From assembly GCF_009914755.1 (NCBI RefSeq), contig NC_060947.1: a DNA stretch of 64,000 bases, one strand, 5' to 3'. Source of the stretch: the human T2T-CHM13v2.0 reference genome, Homo sapiens. This document shows positions 20,375 to 33,800 of the stretch, in pieces. Each line of letters starts with the position of its first letter. Positions within the stretch are counted from its first letter, which is position 1. A program made the translations under genes and the position numbers. Under the pieces are notes generated by a model, which saw nothing but the letters and a program-made list of their open reading frames with translations, was not told where the DNA came from and did not search any database.

Positions 20375-23300
20375 TAGGCACCACTGCTGCTGCCTTGCTC
20401 CTGCCTGCACACAGATGTATGCTCCCGGTTCCCCTGCCCCAACCATCATGCATGCACTGCACTACGTTTCTGCTGCATGTGTGAACACGACTGAACCACC
20501 CCTGCAGGTGCATGTGCAACATGCCATGCAGCTACCGCCACTCTAATGTGGGGAAAAGTGTGGACCCCACTGCCACCACCCAGGTGAAGCACTTAGGCTG
20601 AAACCTCCCATTAGAGTGTTGTTTCCAGTATATCTGGAATAGCATGGCCCCTCCAGCACATCAAGTGCTTAATCTTGAGGGATCATGGAACAAAGCCTTG
20701 TGTCTGGTACCACACCTCGGGGTTGAAACACACAACCCAAAAGTGGTGAGTTGAACCTTGGCCTTTTGAAATCTTCCGGAAATGAAGCAAGTCAACTAAA
20801 TCCAACATATGCCACAGTTAAACTCTCAAGGGCATCAAATAATCTAAAAGCAACAAACCCCATTCAAAGGAGAGCAACTTGACAGATTAAAGAAACAATA
20901 GTTGACACAGATGAGAAGAAAACAGCACAAGAACTCTAGAAACTCGATAAGACAGAGTGTGTTTTTACCTTCAAATGACTGAACTAGCTCCCCCAAAATG
21001 TTTCTTAAGCAGGCTGAAATGGCTGAAATGACAGACATAGAGTTAAGAATCTTGATAAGAATAAAGATCATTGAGATTCAGAAGAAAGTTGAAACCCAGT
21101 CCAAGGATTCTAAGGAATTTAAGAAAGTGATACAGAGTTAATAAATAATATAGTCATTTTAAGAAAGAACCAAATTATTCACAACAGAATAGATCAAGCT
21201 GAGAAAAGAATCTCAGAGCTCAAAAACCAGTTCTTTGAGTCAACTCAGCCAGACAATAATAAAGATAAGAATAAAAAAGAATGAACAAAACTGTCGAGAA
21301 ATATGGGATTATGTAAAGAGACTAAACCTATAACTCACTGGCTTTCCTTAAAGAGAGAGACCTATGAGGGGCCTGAAAGAGACTAAAGCTATGATTCACT
21401 GGCATCCCTTAAAGAGAGGAAGAAAGAGAAAGCAACTTGGAAAATATATTTGAGGATATTGTCCATGAAAACCTTCCCAACCTCACAAGAGATGTAGACA
21501 TTCAAATTTTGGAAATGCAGAGAACCCCTGAGAGATACTATACAAGGCAACTATACCTAAGACACATAGTCATCAGATTCTCTAAGTTTAACATGAAAGA
21601 AATAAAAATGGTTACTGTAGGTAGGAAGAAGAGGGAAATCACCTTCAAATGGAACCCTATCCGGCTAACAGTGGACTTTTCAGCAGAAACCCTACAAGCC
21701 AGAAAGGACTTGGGGCCTGTATCCAACATTATTAAGAAACTTAATTCTAACCAAGAATTTTCAATCCAGCCAAGCCAAGCTTCATAAGCAAAGGAGAAAT
21801 AAGATCCTTTTCAGGCAAGCAAATGCCAAAGGAATTCATTACCACCAGAGCTAACTTATGAGAGGTCCTTAACGGAGTTTTAAACATGTAAACCAATGAC
21901 CATTATTGACCACACAAAAAACACACATAATTATATACATGTATTACTGATACTGTAAAGCAACTATACAATCAAGCTTGCATAACAACCAGCTAACAAC
22001 ACAATGACAGAATCAAATCTGTGAGTATCAATATTAACCTTGAATGTAAATGGACTAAATGTCCCACTTATAAGGCACAGAATGGCAAATTGGAAAAAGA
22101 TGCTAGGCTCAACTGTTTGCTTTTATCAAGGGACCCATCTCACATGCAATGATATCCATAGGCCCAAAGTAAAGAGATGAAGAAAAATCTAGCAGGCAAA
22201 TGGAAAAGGAAAAAGAGCAGGAGCTACTATCCTAATTTCAGACAAAATATACTATAAATCAAAAAAAGATTTATAATATGTTTTGTATGGCATTAAATAA
22301 TGACAAAAGAGGGTATTACATAATGATAAAAGGTTCAAGTCAACAAGAAGACTTAACTATCCTAAATATATATCCACCCAACACTGGTGCACCTGGATTC
22401 ATAAAACAAGTACTTAGAGACTTACAAGGAGGCTTATATAACCACACAATAACAAAGGCAGAATTCCATACCCCACTGAAAATATTAGACAGATCATTGA
22501 GACATAAATCAAACCAAAATATTCAATACCTGAAGTTGATGCTTGACCAAAGGGACCTAACAAATATCTTCAGAACACTCCACCCAACAACAATAGAAAA
22601 TTTAATCTTCTCATCTGCACATGTCACATAATCTAAAAATGACACATGATCAGCTATGGAACAATTCTGAACAAAACTTTAAAGAATAAAATTTAACCTT
22701 CCACATTCTCATACCAATAAATAAAAATCTCTGTAAAGAACATATCCAAAAACCATACAATTACATGGAAATTAAACAATCTTCTCCTGAACGACTTTTG
22801 GGTAAACAATGAAATTAAAGCAGAAATCAAGAAATTATTTTAAAATAATGAAAACAAAGATACAGTACACCAGAATCTCTGAGAAACAGCTAAAGCAGTG
22901 TTAAGAGGAAAGTTTATAGCATGAAACACTCACATCAAAAGATTAGAACAACCTCAGATTTACAACCCAACATCACAATAGATGTTAAGAACTAGAGAAA
23001 CAAAAGGAAACCAAACCAAAAGCTAGCAGAAAATAAACAACCCAAATCAGAGCTGATCTGAATAAAATTGAGACACAAAAACATGTAAAAAGTTAGTTAT
23101 TTAAAAGAGTAAATAAGATTGATATGCAGCTAGATAGTCTAACAAAGAAAAAAAGAGAAGAGAGCTAAATAAAAACAGGCAGAAATAAAAAAGAGGACAG
23201 TACCAGTGACCCCACAAAACTGCAAAAACCCTCACAGACTACTAAAAACACCTCTATGCACACAAGTTAGAAAACCTAGAATAAATGGATAAATTCCTGG

Positions 23301-26300
23301 AAACATACAAAGTCCCAAGATTGAACCAGGAAGAATTTGAAACGATAAACAGAACAATAACGAGTTCTGAAATCAAATGAATAATAAAAAACCTACAAAG
23401 TAGAAAAAGTTCTGTACTCAAAAAATTCAAAGACAAGGAGCCAGGTGCAGTGGCTCACGCCTATAACCCCAGCACTTTGGGAGGCTGAGGTGAGAGGATC
23501 ACGAGGTCAAGAGATCGAGACCATCCTGGCCAACATAGTGAAACCCTGTCTCTACTAAAAATTCAAAAATTAATTGGGCATGGTGGCACGTGACTGTAGT
23601 CCCAGGTACTCAGGAGGCTGAGGCAGGAGAATCACTTGAACCCAGTAGGCAGAGGTTGCAGGGAGCCAAGATCACACCACTGCACTCCAGCCTGGTGACA
23701 AAGTGAGACGCCGTCTCAAAAAAAAAAAAAAAAAAAAAAAAGAAAAAGAAAAAAATCACAGGCAAATCCTACCAGATATATAAAGAAAAGCTGGGCCAAT
23801 CATACTGAAACTGTTCCCAAAATCCAGAGGGGACAGACTCTTTTCTACCTTGGTATATTAGGTCAACAACATTCTGATACCAAAATCTGTCAGAGACAAA
23901 AAAAAAAAAAAAAAGCAACAACATAAAGTTTTCAGGCCAGTATCTTTGATGAACATCAATGCAAAAGTTCTCAACAAAGTACTGGCAAACCGAATCCAGC
24001 AGCACATCAAAAGGCTTATCCAACATAATCAGATAGGCTTATTCCTGGGATTCAAGGTTGGTTCACCATATTCAAATCAATAAATATGATTCATCACATA
24101 AACAAAACTAAAAACAATAGCCACACAATCATCTCAATAAATGTGGAAAAGGTTTTTGATAAAATTTAATATCCCTTTATGTTAAAAGCTGTCAACAAAC
24201 TAGGCATTGAAGAAACATATCTCAAAATAATAAGAACCATCTATGATAAACCCACAGACAACATTATACTGAATAGGCACAACCTGGAAGTATTTCATTT
24301 AAGAACCAGAATGAGACAAGGATCCCCACTCACACTCCTATTTAACATAGTTTTGAAAGTCCTAGCCAGAACAATCAAGGAAGAGAAAGAAATAAAAGGC
24401 ATCAAAAAAAAAAAAAGAGAAAATCACAGTATCTCTCTTCACAGAGAGCATGATTATATACCTAGAAAACCCCACAAGCTCTGGACAAAAGCTCCAAGAT
24501 CTGGTAAACAACACCAGCAATGTTTCAGGATATAAAATCAATGTACAAAAATCAGTGGCATTTGTATGCACCAAGAACATTCAAGTTGAGAGCCAAATCA
24601 AGGATACAGTTCCATTCAGAATAGCCACAAAAAGAATGAAATAGCGAAGATTACAGCTAACCAGAGAGGTGAAAGATTTCTACAATAAAAAATAGAAAAC
24701 ATTGCTGAAATAAATAAGAGATGACACAAAAAATGGAAAAAAAAAGCATTCATGCACATGGATAGAAAGAATCAATATTGTTAAAATGGCCATACTGCCC
24801 AAAGCAATTTATAGATTCAATGTTATTTTTATCAAACTACCAACTATATTTTTACAAAATTTTAAAAAACATATAAATTTCATATAGAGCCAAAAAAAAA
24901 CTCCTCAAATAGCCACAGCAAAACTAAGCAAAAAAAAAAAAAAAACAAAAAACAAACAAACAAACAAAAAAACCCAGAGGCATCACACTATGCAACTTCA
25001 AATTATGTTACAAGGTTACAGTAAGAAAAACAGCATGGTACTGGTAAAACAACAAACACATAGACCAATGGAAGAGTATAAAAATCCAGAAATAAATTTG
25101 CACACCTACAGTTGTCTGATCTTTGACAAAGTCTACAAGAAAAGCAATGGGGAAAGGACTTTCTATTCAATACCTGGTGCTGGGATAATTTGCTAGCCAT
25201 ATGCAGAAGACTGAAACTGGATCCCTTCGTTTCAGCATGTGTAAAAATCAACTCAGGATTAAAGACTTAAAACCTAACACTACAAAAATTCTAGAAGAAA
25301 TCCTAGAAAATGCCATTGTGGTTATACAAACTAGCAAAGTTTTCATGAAGAAGTTGCCAAAAGCAATTGCAACAAAAACAAAAATTGACATATGGGACCT
25401 AATTTAAATTTAAATTTAAAAAATTTAATTCAACAAGAAGACTTAACTGTCCTAAATATGTATGCACCCAACACTGGAACACATGGATTCATAAAACAAT
25501 TACTTACTTTGAGACCTACAAGGACACTTAGATAACCACACAATAATAGGGGCAGAATTCAATGCCCCACTGAAAATATTAGACAGATTATTGAGACAGC
25601 AAAAAAAGCTTCCACACAGCAAAAATAACTATGAACAGCATAAACAGACAACCTAGAGAATAAGAGAAAATATTTGCAAGCTATGCATCTGACAAATGTC
25701 TAATATCCAGAATCTATAAGGAACGTAAATTAACAACCAAATCAAGAAATAAATAACTTCATTAAAAATGGGCAGAAGATATTAACAGACACTTCTGAAA
25801 AGAAGACATACATGCATGTGAAAAAATGCTCAACATCGCTAATCATTAGAGAAGTGCAAATAAAAACAAAAATGAGATATTATCTCAAATAAATCAGAAT
25901 GGCTGTTATTAAAATGTCAAAAAATAACAGATACTTGTTAGGTTGTGGAGAAAAGAGAAGCTTATACATTATTGGTGGGAATATAAGTTACATCAGCTAA
26001 TGTGGAAAGCAGTTTGGAGATTTCTCAAATAACTTAGAACTACCATTTCACCCAGCAATTCTATTACTGGGTATATGCTCAAAGAAATATAAGTCATTCT
26101 ACCGTAAAGGCACATGCACATGTATGTTCATCTTAGCAATACTCACAATAACAAAGACATAGAGTCAACCTAAATGCCCATCAACGGTGGACTAAATAAA
26201 GAAAATATGGTACATATACACAATGGAATACTATGCAGCCATAAAAAAGAATTAGATCATGTCCTTTGAAGCAACATGGGTGGAGCTGGAGGCCATTACC

Positions 26301-26600
26301 CTAAGTAAATTAATGCAGGAACAGAAAACCAAATAGTGTATGTTCTCACTTATAACTGGGAACTAATCATTAAGTACACATGGACACAAAGAAAGGAACA
26401 GTACATACCAGGTCCTACTTGAGAGTGGAAGGCAGGAGAAAGGTGAGGGTTAACAAACTACCTATTGGGTACTATGCTTATTACCTGGGTGCTAAAATAA
26501 TCTGTACATCAAATTTTTTTGGCTTTCAGTCTACCTATGTAACAAACTGACACATGGATTCCCTGAAGCTAAGATAAAAGTAGAAAAGAAAAAAAAAGTA
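20375..26600 (+). mobile_element. Near full-length decayed L1 (L1PA15/16-like): 5'UTR, ORF1, ORF2, 3'UTR
   Basis: ORF1 (ENIFEDIVHENLPNL, PIRLTVDFSAETLQAR), endonuclease (LNIYPPNTGAP), RT, 3'UTR 'actacctattgggtactatgcttattacctgggtg', A tail. Confidence 0.9.
23439..23755 (+). mobile_element. AluSc-like
   Basis: gatcacgaggtcaagagatcgagaccatcctggcc; long A tail. Confidence 0.9.
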
Positions 26601-26629
26601 TACAAAAACAACAATTAAAAATTTCTCTT

Positions 26630-27200
26630 AAAAAAGCACAAAAGAAGTTTTAGAACTCTTGGATATAACTCAAAAGCCAAAAGCTTTAGCCTTAAAAAGG
26701 TCATGACTACAAAAAATAAAGAAGCTAGAATCAAACATTTTGCAGACCAGGTAGCTAAAAAAGCTGCCTTAACTAAAAAACTTAGTTCTCTAAGCTCTTG
26801 TTTAATCCAAATATTCAAATTAACTCCCTCAATATTGAGAAAAGCTCAACAGACTCCCTCAGATACAAAAAAAGGAGAAGGTTTACAAAACAAAAGGGGG
26901 AAACTATTCTTTTGAAAATGGTATGTGATATGGCCCAGATCTGGATAACAAACCCAGAATACCCACCAGATTACAATTTCCATTTTTAGAGTACATGCAT
27001 AAATTTACCCAGTGGGATCCCAAAATTGATTAAATGGAAAAAAAATACTTTTATAAACCATCATTTACTATAATAGAAAACGTGGCATCTGGATATACTG
27101 TCTGTCCTAAATATAACACAGGAAAATACTTCCATAGCACTCCTGAGCATTTTACCTTATACCTTATATAATACATATTGAGGTCTCACAATTGGAGTTT
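26630..27200 (+). mobile_element. Orphan ERV (class I-like) pol fragment: RNase H C-terminus to integrase N-terminus
   Basis: Manual translations EVLELLDITQKPKALAL (26644-), KGH, HFADQVAKKAAL, HKFTQWDPK, YTVCPKYNTGK, EVSQLEF, in correct retroviral order with frameshifts. Confidence 0.8.
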
Positions 27201-27249
27201 AGCAGCTCTCTCTCCTATGTGTGGACCTCAGGGCATTTAATCAGGATCT

Positions 27250-30200
27250 CCCCTTACCATTTCCATCGTGGTTTGCTGTGCTCATCGCAGAGGTATTCAT
27301 GGGTGAGTTTGGGGGTCCAGTTACACCTAGAATTGTCTCCCTCTGGGCTGAAGAGGAAACAGCACATCAGACTGTCCGCAGACCAGCAAATCACCTGAAA
27401 CAACAGAAAGCAACTCCCAGTAAACAAAGATCAAGATTAAGTCATACCCATGTTTTTGCCAAAGCCAGCTATTACCTGTAGGCACCATCTACTGGCCAAG
27501 ACGCTAAACTGCACAATCCAATACAAAATCTGGAAGAAGTGCACAGTGCTGGGGAACCAGATAAGCTTCATGAGACCTCTGCAGTCAGGGTCTTGCAAAA
27601 GGAAGTGAGACTGCTCATATGCTCAGTACATCACTATTACAACCAGCATTTGAGAAAGCAACCAAACAAAGGATATTTATAACCAAAAACCTCATAAAGA
27701 GTCCTGGTTCATTGAAAGCACATAGAATCAAAGCCACACAATCATACACAGCAAGCATTAAGTCACATCCTCAAGGGGAAAGATAAGTTTTATCTAAACA
27801 GAAGTCAACCCAAAAAAAATAGTGACAACTTCACCTGATCAGAAGGAATTAACATGAAAACTCTGGCAGTATAAAAAAGAGCATTAAGACACCTCCAAAG
27901 GATCACAGCAACTCTCTAGCAATGAACCCTAATAAAAATAAACATTCTGAAATGACAGATAAAGAATTCTAAATATGGATTGTAAGGAAGGTCAGTGAGA
28001 TCTAAAAGAAACTTGAAAAACAAAACAAATAAATCAGGAAAATAATTCAGGATAGGAAGGAAGATATGGATATTTTAAAAATCTAGAACATCTGGAAATA
28101 AAAACTTCATTGAAGAAATTTCAAAATACAGTTGAAAGCTTTAACAATACATTATACCAAGCGGAAGAAAACACTCAGAGATGTAAGATAGGTATTTCAA
28201 ATTAACTCAGTTAGACAAAAACATAGAAAAAAACTAAAAACATTAACAAAGATTTTGTGAACTGTGAGGCTGTGTAAAGCTTCTAAACCTATGAATTATA
28301 GGTATCTAGAGGCAGAAGATAAAAAGTAAAATGTATGGAAAACCTGTTGGAGGGAAAAATTTAAGAAAACTTTCCTAGTCTTGCTAGCCATTTGCACATC
28401 CAGATATGGAAAACTCAGAGAACACCTTAAAATACATTGCAAGAAAAACCTCAACAAGGCATATTGCCATCAGACTATCCAATGTCCATATGAAGAAAAA
28501 AAAAATGAAAAGCGACAAGATAGAAGGGTCTAATCACCTAGGAAGGAAATCCTAGCAGAATAGCAGTAGATTTCTCAGGAGAAATCCTACAAGACAGAAG
28601 ATATTAAAGTCCAGTTTTTATTCTTCTTGAAAAAAAAAAGTCAGTCAAACTTTTGTATTCTGCTAAACTAGGCTTCAGAAAAAAAAACAGCTATAAAGTC
28701 TTTCTTACATAAACACGAAGGAAACTCATCACAACTAGACTGGACATATAAGAAATGCTCAAAGGAGTTCTAAACACAGAAATAAAGAGCAATACTAATC
28801 ATCATGAAAAGATATAAAATTATGAAACTTGCAGGATTTATAAGGCTATTACACAATACATAATTGCAATTCCAAAGGAGCTAGATAATAATTAACATTA
28901 TGACAGGAACAAAACCTCACTTATCAATAATAACCTTGAAGGTAAATGAACTGAATGCTCCACTTAAAAAATATAGACTGGTGGAACTGATTTTAAAAAA
29001 GATCCAACAAGAAACCCACCTAACTGGTAGAGACATTTATAACATAAAGAGGTGAAATTTATTTTTACAAAACAGAAGCCAAAAGCAAGCAGGAGTAGTT
29101 ATGCTTATGTCAGATAAAACAGACTTTAAATCAACAGTAACAAAAAGACAAAGAAAGATCTTACATAATAAAAATGGATCAATTCAACGAGAACATATAA
29201 ACAAACCCGAATATATATGCACCTAACACCAGAACACACAATAATGGTGGGTGATCTCAATCCCCCACTGACAGCTCTAGACAAATTATCAAAGCAAAGA
29301 AATCAACAAATTGGATTTAAATTGAATCATAGACCAAATGAGCCCAAAGGACATTTACATAAAATTCTACCCAACAATTATACAATATATATTCTTCTTC
29401 TCTGCACATGGAACATTCTCAAAAATAGACCATATCTTAGGCCACAAGGCAAGTCTCAATAAATTTTAAAAAATCAAAATCATAACAAGTATCTTCTCAG
29501 ACCACAGTGGACTAAAACTAGAAATTAATACCAAGAGAAACTCTCAAAACTATACAAATATATGGAAATGAAACAAACTACTTCTGAATAATTGTTTGGT
29601 CAAAATACAAAAATAAGGCTGAAATTTAAGAAATAAAAATAAAAATAGACACGTAAAATATCCAAACCTGTGGGATACAGTAAAAGAAGTGCTAACAAGA
29701 AAGTGTATAGCATTCAATGCCTACATAAAAATAGAGTTCAAAAATTAAAAACCTAATGTCAAAACTAAAGTAACCAGGAAAAAGCAAGAGCAAAGTACAC
29801 TCAAAGATAGAAGATGAGAAATAATGAAGATCAAGGAAGAACAAAACAAAATTGAAACAAAAAAAATACAAACGATTAATGACAAGAAAAGTCAGTTCCT
29901 TTAAATAAGCACAATCAGAAACGTTAAATGTGACATAACTGATATCACAGATTAAAAAAAAAAAATTAACAGAGACTACCAAGAGTGTCTCCACACACAA
30001 ACTAGAAAACCTAAAGGAAAAGAATAAGTTCCTGGAGACATGTAATTTCTCAATATTAAACCAGGAAATTAAAAAAAATTCTGAAAAGACCAATAATGAA
30101 TAGTGAAATTGAACCAAAATATATAAAATAGATTCACAGATGAATTCTACCAAAATACAAGAAATAACTATATTAATCCTACTGAAACTGATCCAAAACT

Positions 30201-30882
30201 GTTAAGAGGAAGAAATCCCTCCAACTCATTCAACAAAGCCAGCATCACCCTGATACCAAAGCCAGACAAAGACACACACATAAAATAAGAAAACTACAGG
30301 TCATTATATCTGATAAACATAGATGCCAAAATCCTCAGCAAAATGCTATTAAACTGAATCTAACAACACATCAAAAACACAATACACCACAACCAAATGG
30401 GTTTGTTTTAAGGATGAAAGGATAGTTCAATGTGTTCAATTTGATCAATGTGATTTAACACATAAACAGAATTGAAAACAAAAACCATATGATTATCTCA
30501 ATCGATGCAGAAAAATCATTGCATAAAATCAAGCATTCATTCATCATAAAATCTGTCAACAAACTAGGCGTAGATAGAACATACCTCAAAATAATAAAGC
30601 CATCTATGACAAATCTACAGTCAATATATTATTAAACAGGGAAAAGTTGAAAGTATTTTCTATAAGAACTGGAACAAGACAAGGATGCCTAGTTTCACCA
30701 CTCCTAGTCAACATAGTACTGGAAGTCCTAGCTGGAGTGATCAGGTAGGAGAAAGAAAGAAAAGGCATCTAAATTGGAAAAGAGGAAGTCTCTGTTCACT
30801 GATGACATAATTGTATACCTAGAAAACTCTCAAAAAGACTCCTAGATTTTGTACATAAATTCAGAATAGTTTCAGATTACAA
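27250..30882 (+). mobile_element. Old L1 (L1M1/L1M2-type): 5'UTR, ORF1, ORF2 truncated in RT
   Basis: Degenerate ORF1/EN homology (TIMVGDLNPPLTALD); stops abruptly at ~30882. Confidence 0.85.
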
Positions 30883-30884
30883 TT

Positions 30885-33800
30885 CTTCTTTTTTGTGTTT
30901 TCCACTTGCTTGGTAAATTTTTCTCCATCCCTTTATTTTGGGCTTATGTGTTTCTTTGCACATGAGATGTGCCTCTAGAAGTCAGCATAACAATGAGTAT
31001 TTACTTGTTATTCAACTTCCCATTCTGTTTGTTTTAATAGGGCAATTTAGCCCTTTTACATTTAAGATTAATATTGTTATCTCTGGATTTGATCCTGTCA
31101 TCATGATGCTAGCTGGTTATTTTGCAGACTTGTTTTTTGTAGTTGCTTCATAGTGTCACTTGTTTGTGTACTTCAGTGTATTTTGTAGTGGCTGGCAGTA
31201 GATTTTTCTTCTCTTATTTAGTGCTTCTTTCAGGAGCTCTTGCATGGCAGGCCTGATGGTGATAAATTCCCTCAGCATTTTCTTGTTTGAAAAGTATCTT
31301 ATTTCTCCTTCACTTACGAAGTTTAGTTTGGCTGTATATGAAATTCTAGGACAGAAATTCTTTTTTTAAAAAAAATGTTGCATATTGGCCCCCAATCTCT
31401 TTCAGCATGTAGGGTCTCTGCTAAGAAGTCCCGCTGGTCGTCTGATGGGTTTCCTTTGTAGGTGACCTGATCTTTCTCTCTGGCTGCCCTTAACACTTTT
31501 TCTTTCATTTTTATCTTGAAGAATCTGATCATTATGTGTCTTAGGGTTGATCTTCTTGTAGAATATGTTGCTGTGGTTCTCTGAATTTCCTGAATTTGAA
31601 TGTTGGCCTGTCTTGCTAGGTTGGGGAAGTTCTCCTGGATGACAGCATAAAGCATGTTTTCCAACTTGGTTCTATTCTCCCCATCTCTTTGAGGTACCTC
31701 AATTACTCATAGGTTTGGTCTCTACATAATTCTATATTTCTCTGAGGTTTTGTTCGTTCCTCTTTATTCTTTTTTAAAATATATTCTTGTCTGTCTTATT
31801 TCAGAAAAAAAATAGTATTCTAGCTCTGATATTCTTTCTTCTTCTTGGTCTATTCTGCTATCCATACTTGTGATTTCATCGTGAAACTCTCATGTGTTTT
31901 TCAGCTCCATTAGGTCAGTTATGTTCATCTTTAAACTGACTATTTTGGCTATCAGCTCCTGTATTGTTTTATTATGATTCTTAGCTTCTTTTCATTGGGT
32001 TACAACATGCCCCTTTAGCTGAGAAAAGTTTGTTATTACCCACCTTCTGAAGCCTACTTCTGTCAATTCAGCCATCTCAGCCTCAGACCAATTATGCACC
32101 CTTGCTGGAGAGGTGTTGCGGTTATTTGGAGAAAAAGAGACACTCTGTCTTTTGGAGTTTGCGGCATTTTTGTGTTTATTCTTTATCGTTTTTGTGGGCT
32201 TATCTACCTTTAACCTTTGAGGTTGTTATCTTTGAATGGGTTTTTTTGGGGGGTCTTTTATGTTGATGTTGTTCCTGTCATTTTTTTTTCTGTTTGTTTG
32301 TCTTTCTTTTAACAGTCAGTCCATTCTACTCTAGGGCTTCTGCAGTTTGCTGGGGCTCTGCTTCAGACCCTAGTTGCCTTGGGCTCTCCTAAACCTGGAG
32401 GTATCACCAGTGAACGCTACAAAATAGCAAAGATGGCAGCCAGTTTCCCTCTCTGGAAGCTGGATCCCAGGGGTCACTGACATGCCACCAGTCATGCACC
32501 ACTAGGAGGCAGGTGGGGTTCTCTGCTGGGAGATCTCAGTTAGTCAAGAGGGATGGTACTGACCCAATAAAAGAATCTTGCTGCTTCTTGGTGGAGCACG
32601 TGTGTTTTGCTGGGTTAAGGGGGAACCCTACTTCAACTGGACCACCTGTATTCTTCACAGCTAGCAGTCTGGAATGGCTGAGTTTAGGAATTTGCAGATA
32701 TGACAGCCACCCCTCCTTCTGGGAGCTCCCTCCCACAGAAAGATCAGATGTCTGTCTAGGTAATTGAACACCTACCCAGTGATGAGAGGTGGGTTTTGAC
32801 CCTGGTTAAAGAAGCAGTGTGGCCATGATTTGACAAGGCAGCTGTGCCGCACCTTGGCAGGGGGGACTCTCCTCACCTGGGGGTCTGTACTCTCCACAGC
32901 CAGTAGGCTGGGAAAACTGAGTCCTCCCAATGGCAGAGATGGAGTCTGCCCCTCCCCCTAGGAATGTGGTCCTGTCTCCAGCGGACTTCAGACCTCTGCT
33001 ATTGTCTGACTAGGACTCCATTAGAGTGGGTCTTAACCTCTGAGGTGAGAGGTGACAGCGTGCTAGCAGCCGTCACAGCCTTTGCTGGCTCTCGGCGCCT
33101 CCTCTGCCTGGGCTCCCACTCTGGCAGCTCTTGAGGAGCCCTTCAGCCCACTGTTGCACTGTGGGAGCCCCTTCCTGGGATGGCTGCAGCTGGAGCCGAC
33201 TCCCTCAGCTTGCAGGGAGGTGTGGAGGGAGAGGCATGGGCGGGAACCAGGGCTGCCTGCCGCACTTGCCGGCCAGCTAGAGTTCCGGGTGAGCGTGGGC
33301 TTGGCCGGCCCCAGGCTCAGAGTGGTGGGCCAGCCCCGCAGGCCCTGCCGGCCCCAGGCAGTGAGGGGCTTAGCACCCGGGCCAGCAGCTGCAGAGGGTG
33401 CACTGGGTCCCCCAGCAGTGCTGGCCCACGGTGCTGTGCTCAATTTCTCTACTGGCCTTAGCTGCCTCCCTGCGGGGCAGGGCTTAGGACCTGCAGCCTG
33501 CCATGCTTGAGTCTCCCCCACGACCCCCGCCATGGGCTCCTGCGCAACCTGAGCCTCCCCAAGGAGCACCGCCCCCTGCTCCACGCGAGGGGTCCCATGG
33601 ACCACCCAAGGGCTGAGGAGTGTGGGCACACTGCGCAGGACTGGCAGGCAGCTCCACCTGCGGCCCCAGTGCGAGATCCACTGGGTGAAGCCAGCTGGGC
33701 TTCTGAGTCTAGTGGGGACTTGGAGAACCTTTATGTCTAGCTAAGGGATTGTAAATACACCAATCAGCACTCTGTATCTAGCTCAAGGTTTGTAAACACA

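Noticed and set aside
33063-33740. Overlapping 140-190 aa GC-rich ORFs and a CpG-island-like stretch
   Set aside because: Entirely within LTR12C U3; stop-poor because of GC content.
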